Virus record (IMG/VR): IMGVR_UViG_3300036846_000403
Coordinates: 1 to 63,688 of that record
Source of the DNA: a virus
Lineage: Duplodnaviria; Caudoviricetes
Length of the DNA stretch: 63,688 bases
Direction: 5' to 3' (one strand)
Part shown: piece by piece, positions 59,359 through 63,688 of the stretch
Layout: the number at the start of each line of letters is the position of its first letter
How positions within the stretch are numbered: the first letter of the stretch is position 1
Translations under genes and position numbers: made by a program
The notes under the pieces: generated by a model
What the model was told of the DNA's origin: nothing
Seen by the model: the letters and a program-made list of their open reading frames with translations, nothing else
Databases searched by the model: none

Positions 59359-59991
59359 TTACTCAAGGTCGAGAACGTCGGCCAGCTCGATACCAAGGGC
59401 ATCAGTCAGGGCCTGTAGGTTGCGTGGGCGCGGGACCTTCACTCCATTCATCCAGTCGCTGACAGTCTTGGCCGATACACCAGTGGCGTTGGCCAGCTCC
59501 CGCACGCCAAGCCCAGACATCTCCTGGATAGTCCGCAGTTTGTCCGGGCTGAAGATCTTGTTGTGGTTATTCTGGCCGTTCGCCCGTACCTCGGACGCAT
59601 TACGTGTATACAGTCCCAGCATAGACCGCACCTCGGCCTCGGGCTGGGTCCATGTTATTCGCCGGTTAGCAGCGACCACCTCCGGCTTCTGCCATTCGAG
59701 GTTCCAGTAGTTGTTGTTGGCGCGGTTGTGATCTATGTGTACCGCCTGGTACCTGATGCCGTCCGCCGGGAATGGCCCGTTGAAATGCCAGCAGACAATC
59801 CGGGCAACCCTGATCATCTTGTGGCGCCCGTTCGGGTCGAGCACAGCAACTCTGATGTGCCCGCGCTCGTTTACCTGTGGGCTGAGTTCCTCGCCCCGCC
59901 GGCCAACAATACGGCCGTCGTCACTGACGTAGTATCCCTGGTACCACGGCAGCATTTCCTCCCAGCGTACCTTCGGGTGTTTCCTTGGCAT
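59359..59991 (-). CDS. NUMOD4/HNH domain fused to XRE-type HTH
   Basis: Y.VS..GRI; HID.NR.NN...NLEW; ELA..TGVS..TVS.W.NG...P...L..L..ALG. Confidence 0.8.
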   Translation of the reverse strand: MPRKHPKVRWEEMLPWYQGYYVSDDGRIVGRRGEELSPQVNERGHIRVAVLDPNGRHKMIRVARIVCWHFNGPFPADGIRYQAVHIDHNRANNNYWNLEWQKPEVVAANRRITWTQPEAEVRSMLGLYTRNASEVRANGQNNHNKIFSPDKLRTIQEMSGLGVRELANATGVSAKTVSDWMNGVKVPRPRNLQALTDALGIELADVLDLE

Positions 59992-60011
59992 GTAGCCTCC
60001 TTTCCTACCCT

Positions 60012-60090
60012 AGTATATACCCCCGGAGGCGGATAGGGAACTCAGCAATTAAAATTCCCTCTTCCCTTTTCCCGGCCGGTAAGGTAGACT
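60012..60090. promoter_or_regulatory. Divergent promoters: TTCCCT-N17-TATACT (-) and TTCCCT-N17-TAGACT (+)
   Basis: 60040-60012 and 60062-60090 with an AT-rich spacer. Confidence 0.65.
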
Positions 60091-60189
60091 AGAGTGGCGA
60101 GTCCTGGTTTTCGCCTTTCTGGGATCGTGCGAGTCGGCCAGGCGGCAGGGACACTCCTTCTGGTCGGCTCGCTAAGGGAGGGAGGGGAC

Positions 60190-60732
60190 ATGCCGCCAAG
60201 AAACATACACGTCATGGGGATCGACCCCGGTGCGACAACCGGATGGTACAACATAACCATTCCCCGGCTGTGTATATTTGGTGATGAGGAAGCTAAGATC
60301 CTTGAAGTTGACTACGGAGAGTTCACCGGCGACGAGGCACACCAGGCCGTCGAGCTAGCCCGCCTGGCGCGGGAGATCCAGAGCATGGACTACAAGTACG
60401 GCCCGGCGCTGATCGTTGAAGCCTGGGATGTAGACCCGACATTCAAATCCACGGACCAGGAAGTGCTCAGCCCTGTCCGGATCGGGGCCATGCTCACCCT
60501 CTTGAAGCACCAGCGACAGCTTGGTGACTGTACACTTCACTTTCAGTCCCGCGCCCTCGCATTCGGCACAGCTACCGATGAGCGCCTACAGAAATGGAAG
60601 CTCTGGGTTAAGGGCTCGGACCACATCAGGGCCGCATCCCGCCATGCCATAGTGGCTCTTCGCAGGGCCAGGGAAAACCCTGAATTCGCCCGTGAATTGT
60701 GGCCGGGAGACCCCTATTATCCAGACTTTTAG
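60190..60732 (+). CDS. RuvC-like Holliday junction resolvase
   Basis: VMGIDPGATTG, IVE, H...A.RHA. Confidence 0.75.
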   Translation: MPPRNIHVMGIDPGATTGWYNITIPRLCIFGDEEAKILEVDYGEFTGDEAHQAVELARLAREIQSMDYKYGPALIVEAWDVDPTFKSTDQEVLSPVRIGAMLTLLKHQRQLGDCTLHFQSRALAFGTATDERLQKWKLWVKGSDHIRAASRHAIVALRRARENPEFARELWPGDPYYPDF

Positions 60733-60736
60733 GGTC

Positions 60737-60765
60737 TTCCTTTTTCCGGCCCGGTACGCTACGAT
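60737..60765 (+). promoter_or_regulatory. Promoter TTCCTT-N17-TACGAT
   Basis: Family match. Confidence 0.5.
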
Positions 60766-60918
60766 AGGCGAGGACCGATAAGGCGACGGAGGGGAGGCGA
60801 TGCGATAAGGCCACACCACGACCGCTTAAATCCCGCGCGGCGGGCCGGAGTGGAATCCCCAAAACCACGCCCTCATAAACCGGCCCGCCGCACCTCCCAA
60901 GAAAGGCGAAGAGTTGGA

Positions 60919-61332
60919 ATGCTAGAGCCGGGCTTTAAGAGATGGCTGACCGATACCGATACCATCATCCTCGTGTGCTGGGACCTCGGCCACGTGTGGG
61001 ACGCGGATTTGTACGACTCGATCGAGCGCATACGCCACGGGTCGTTCGCCATGACCGGCGGTTGCCAGCGAGGTTGCGGCGTAGTCCGGACGCGGGTTAT
61101 GACGTCGAGCTGGACCCTGGACTCTAGCAAGAACAGCTACAAGTACCCGCGCGGCTACTCTCCAAAGGACGTCATCAACGTCAAGGGCCGGGAGTGGAGC
61201 CCATTCTTCATGTCGGCAGAACACCGGGCGGCGATCCGGCGCGAGCTAAACCGGCGCTCCAACGAGAACAGGAAGCCCGTAGGCAGGAAGCCTCGCGGCG
61301 CGGAGGTCGTCAAGGTGAAGTTCACCGGATGA
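60919..61332 (+). CDS. hypothetical protein (C...GH.W...CxRxC)
   Basis: GAAAGG upstream; actinophage-like motif. Confidence 0.65.
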   Translation: MLEPGFKRWLTDTDTIILVCWDLGHVWDADLYDSIERIRHGSFAMTGGCQRGCGVVRTRVMTSSWTLDSSKNSYKYPRGYSPKDVINVKGREWSPFFMSAEHRAAIRRELNRRSNENRKPVGRKPRGAEVVKVKFTG

Positions 61333-61595
61333 TGCCTACTCCAGGGGGACTTCCAAAGCGCGGTGAGGTATGGGAGAGCACAAGAACGCTCCCCGGACAA
61401 GAGACGCACACCACTCGATTCGTCGTACTTGAACGCGGGCGCGGCGATTACTGGTCGATGCGGGTATTCATACCAGGCAAGGGACCGGGCAAAGGCAAGC
61501 AGCTTTGGGTCGATCCTGCTTACCAGATGAAGATGGGCGAGCTGAAGTACATAGGCCCGGCCGGACCCGAGACCAGAAAGAAACTAGGATTGTGA
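61329..61595 (+). CDS. hypothetical protein
   Basis: ATGA overlap. Confidence 0.6.
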   Translation: MMPTPGGLPKRGEVWESTRTLPGQETHTTRFVVLERGRGDYWSMRVFIPGKGPGKGKQLWVDPAYQMKMGELKYIGPAGPETRKKLGL

Positions 61596-61873
61596 TGAGC
61601 ATCATTATCACTCGCACCGCTATCACGTGCGAAGAATGCGACAGCACAAACTTCGAGCTATACCCCGACACAGGGCATCGATGCGACTGGAGCCGGTACG
61701 GCACAGAGCCACAGTGCGAGCGGGAAGCCAAGGTGGCTCTCATCTTCGGTGATGGAGATCCCATGGTGCCATTCTTCTGTGAGGAGCACGCCGCAGAAGA
61801 GGAACGGTACAATGATGTCGGCTACCCGCCCGACGTCCCAAAGACTCCCAGCGGGAAGGACCCGCATGGGTGA
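61595..61873 (+). CDS. Cys-rich hypothetical protein
   Basis: CEEC...C...C...CEEH. Confidence 0.6.
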   Translation: MSIIITRTAITCEECDSTNFELYPDTGHRCDWSRYGTEPQCEREAKVALIFGDGDPMVPFFCEEHAAEEERYNDVGYPPDVPKTPSGKDPHG

Positions 61874-61886
61874 GAAAGGGAACATT

Positions 61887-62705
61887 ATGTTCCGCAAGGC
61901 AGCAGTACTCGCAGGACTGTCGATGGCGGTGATGGCTATCACGGCAACGACCGCGTCAGCTTCGCCAAGGCCCGCGCCACATCATCAGGACCACGCAACC
62001 GCAGCGGTCGAGCTGCTCGGCGGCGGCAGCGAGCAGTTCGCCACCGTCAACGCCCACTCGCCGCGCGACCGTTACCACCGGGCAGACCTGGGGTTCGTGG
62101 ACTACACGAACTTCAGCATCCCCGGCCGGTCGCGGGTCTGGGGCATCAACCCCCGCAGCGCCGAGAAGCTCACCGTGTGGGCGAACGGCAACGAGTACGA
62201 CCACACCCTCAACTGGGGCGAGATCCAGAAGGCGATCAGCAACAACGAAGAGTCCTTCACGGGAACCGGCTTCTACAACCCGGTCCCCTCGGACACGTGG
62301 TCTGTCGCGGGTGACGTCCACGGTCGCAACGTGACCTTCACCATCACCTACGGCCCGTGGGCGGTCCCCGCCTACTCGGCCTCATTTGCGGGCCAGATCA
62401 ATTTCGACGGCTCGGCACGCGGTACCTTCAGTGACGTCAACCACACGACCGGGACCTGGAGCCTCCCGCGCCACACGTTCAGGACCGTCGTGAACTACTA
62501 CGCACCTCTCAACTACGTCAAGATCGACCCGCGCCACCGCGCGGCGGTCGTTGGTTTCCGCATCCCCCGCTTCAACCTGTTCGCGGGTACCGAAGTGGAC
62601 TGGTCATTCGGCAACTTCTTCGGACACAAGTTCTTCGCCCAGAGCTTCAACCACGGGCGGTTCTTCCCGGAGCTGGTTGAGTCCGGCGTGATCGACGTCG
62701 ACTAG
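61887..62705 (+). CDS. secreted beta-rich protein
   Basis: Signal peptide MFRKAAVLAGLSMAVMAITATTASA; AAAGGG RBS; strong codon bias. Confidence 0.8.
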   Translation: MFRKAAVLAGLSMAVMAITATTASASPRPAPHHQDHATAAVELLGGGSEQFATVNAHSPRDRYHRADLGFVDYTNFSIPGRSRVWGINPRSAEKLTVWANGNEYDHTLNWGEIQKAISNNEESFTGTGFYNPVPSDTWSVAGDVHGRNVTFTITYGPWAVPAYSASFAGQINFDGSARGTFSDVNHTTGTWSLPRHTFRTVVNYYAPLNYVKIDPRHRAAVVGFRIPRFNLFAGTEVDWSFGNFFGHKFFAQSFNHGRFFPELVESGVIDVD

Positions 62706-62723
62706 CAGGAAGGTATAACCCCT

Positions 62724-62762
62724 GGAAGCCCGGTCGCCTCAGACTGGCGGCCGGGCTTCCTT
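62724..62762 (+). terminator. Intrinsic terminator
   Basis: 15-bp stem GGAAGCCCGGTCGCC / GGCGGCCGGGCTTCC (one G-U pair). Confidence 0.7.
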
Positions 62763-62864
62763 ACACCAAAAAGCCCCCGCCTGCGCGTACCACCGTCGAA
62801 ACTCCCCAGTAACCGCCGGAGGCGCGCAGGCGGGACCTAGCCCCTAAATTGTTACGGGAGGGGC

Positions 62865-62893
62865 TTCCCTCGGATCTCCTGCTACGGTATAAT
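62865..62893 (+). promoter_or_regulatory. Promoter TTCCCT-N17-TATAAT
   Basis: Family match. Confidence 0.7.
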
Positions 62894-62936
62894 AGAGGGA
62901 CCGGGATAAGCGGGGAAACAGAAAGGCGCTTAGGAA

Positions 62937-63428
62937 ATGGCGAAGTCATCAGCAGAGATCCGACGGGAACTCCTAGCAGCAGAAGAGCGCGAGCGGGCCG
63001 AGGCGCGGATCAAGAAGGAGGCGACCAGGCCCCAGTTCGAGTTCTGGATCGCACCGGCCGAACTCCGTACGGAGACCAGCTTCGGCAAGATGTACGACCC
63101 GACCTGCCACCAGTACGAGATCAGGCGCACCATCATGAACCGGGAAGCCGCGAGCGCGGCGGGCTGGTCGGACCAGGACATGAAAGAGGGGAGCGCCGTG
63201 TACGTCTACAATGTCGTGACGCGGCGAATCGTCTGCGCGGTGGGCGGCGGAACCCTCTACATCAACAAGGCGTTCCCCGGCGAGCATGAGGACTACGCCG
63301 ACGACACGGCCATGTTCCAGATCGGCTCGTACCTGGCCGAGTTCCCTGGGGGCGGCGACATCACCTATATCGTCGAAGACTTCAAGGCCACTCGCAAGGC
63401 CAAGCTCAACGGGAACGGCCCGAAGTAA
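62937..63428 (+). CDS. hypothetical protein
   Basis: Downstream of promoter; codon bias. Confidence 0.75.
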   Translation: MAKSSAEIRRELLAAEERERAEARIKKEATRPQFEFWIAPAELRTETSFGKMYDPTCHQYEIRRTIMNREAASAAGWSDQDMKEGSAVYVYNVVTRRIVCAVGGGTLYINKAFPGEHEDYADDTAMFQIGSYLAEFPGGGDITYIVEDFKATRKAKLNGNGPK

Positions 63429-63568
63429 TGGGCGCCATAATCTACGTAACCATCCTCATCATGTACCTATGCTTCCGTTTTGCCTGGGAGCTATTCGAGC
63501 TGATGATCAAGCTCACGGTGTTCGCGGTGTGCCTCCTATTCGGCCGCCGCGTCTGGCTTCGCCTGTAG
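63428..63568 (+). CDS. small membrane protein (46 aa)
   Basis: TAATG coupling; two hydrophobic stretches. Confidence 0.55.
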   Translation: MGAIIYVTILIMYLCFRFAWELFELMIKLTVFAVCLLFGRRVWLRL

Positions 63569-63583
63569 GAACATCATAGAATT

Positions 63584-63617
63584 AGCCCGGCAGCGCGTGG
63601 AGCCTGCCGGGCTTTTT
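63584..63617 (+). terminator. Intrinsic terminator
   Basis: AGCCCGGCAG / CTGCCGGGCT followed by a T tract. Confidence 0.8.
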
Positions 63618-63688
63618 CACACACATGCATGCTACATGGGACCCCAAAAATGACAGTGTTGGCTATTGGTTGCGATTCCTGAGGGTGA

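Overview
This window looks like a complete or near-complete ~63.7 kb tailed dsDNA phage genome (siphovirus-type). The host is probably an actinobacterium, inferred from high GC and actinophage-like protein families. The + strand from 1 to 29.5 kb carries an early region of small hypothetical genes separated by repeated promoter/hairpin elements. It then carries replication and recombination genes (SNF2-type helicase, Cas4/RecB-like exonuclease, AAA ATPase, SSB-like protein, split DnaE) and a nucleotide-metabolism cluster (glycosyltransferase, dCMP deaminase, MazG-like, FAD oxidoreductase, HAD phosphatase, divergent ThyX, SDR, DUF1599-like). The - strand from 56 to 29.6 kb carries the virion operon (HNH, terminases, portal, head, tail, tape measure, amidase lysin) followed by two methyltransferases. 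Primase-polymerase and helicase genes, an HNH-HTH fusion, RuvC and a secreted protein lie at the right end. I recognised no integrase, tRNA or CRISPR. The most interesting signals are: (1) a candidate undescribed pyrimidine hypermodification pathway built on an atypical ThyX and a DNA-glycosyltransferase-like gene; (2) a thrice-repeated 63-64 bp CTGTCA...TGACAG intergenic element; (3) a two-class promoter set with AGGG-loop hairpins; (4) iteron-like arrays at the left end and next to the primase/helicase; (5) unusual proteins inserted into the packaging/head module. All calls come from motif recognition by eye; no searches were run. Several starts were moved from the ORF track to downstream starts supported by an RBS or gene overlap.
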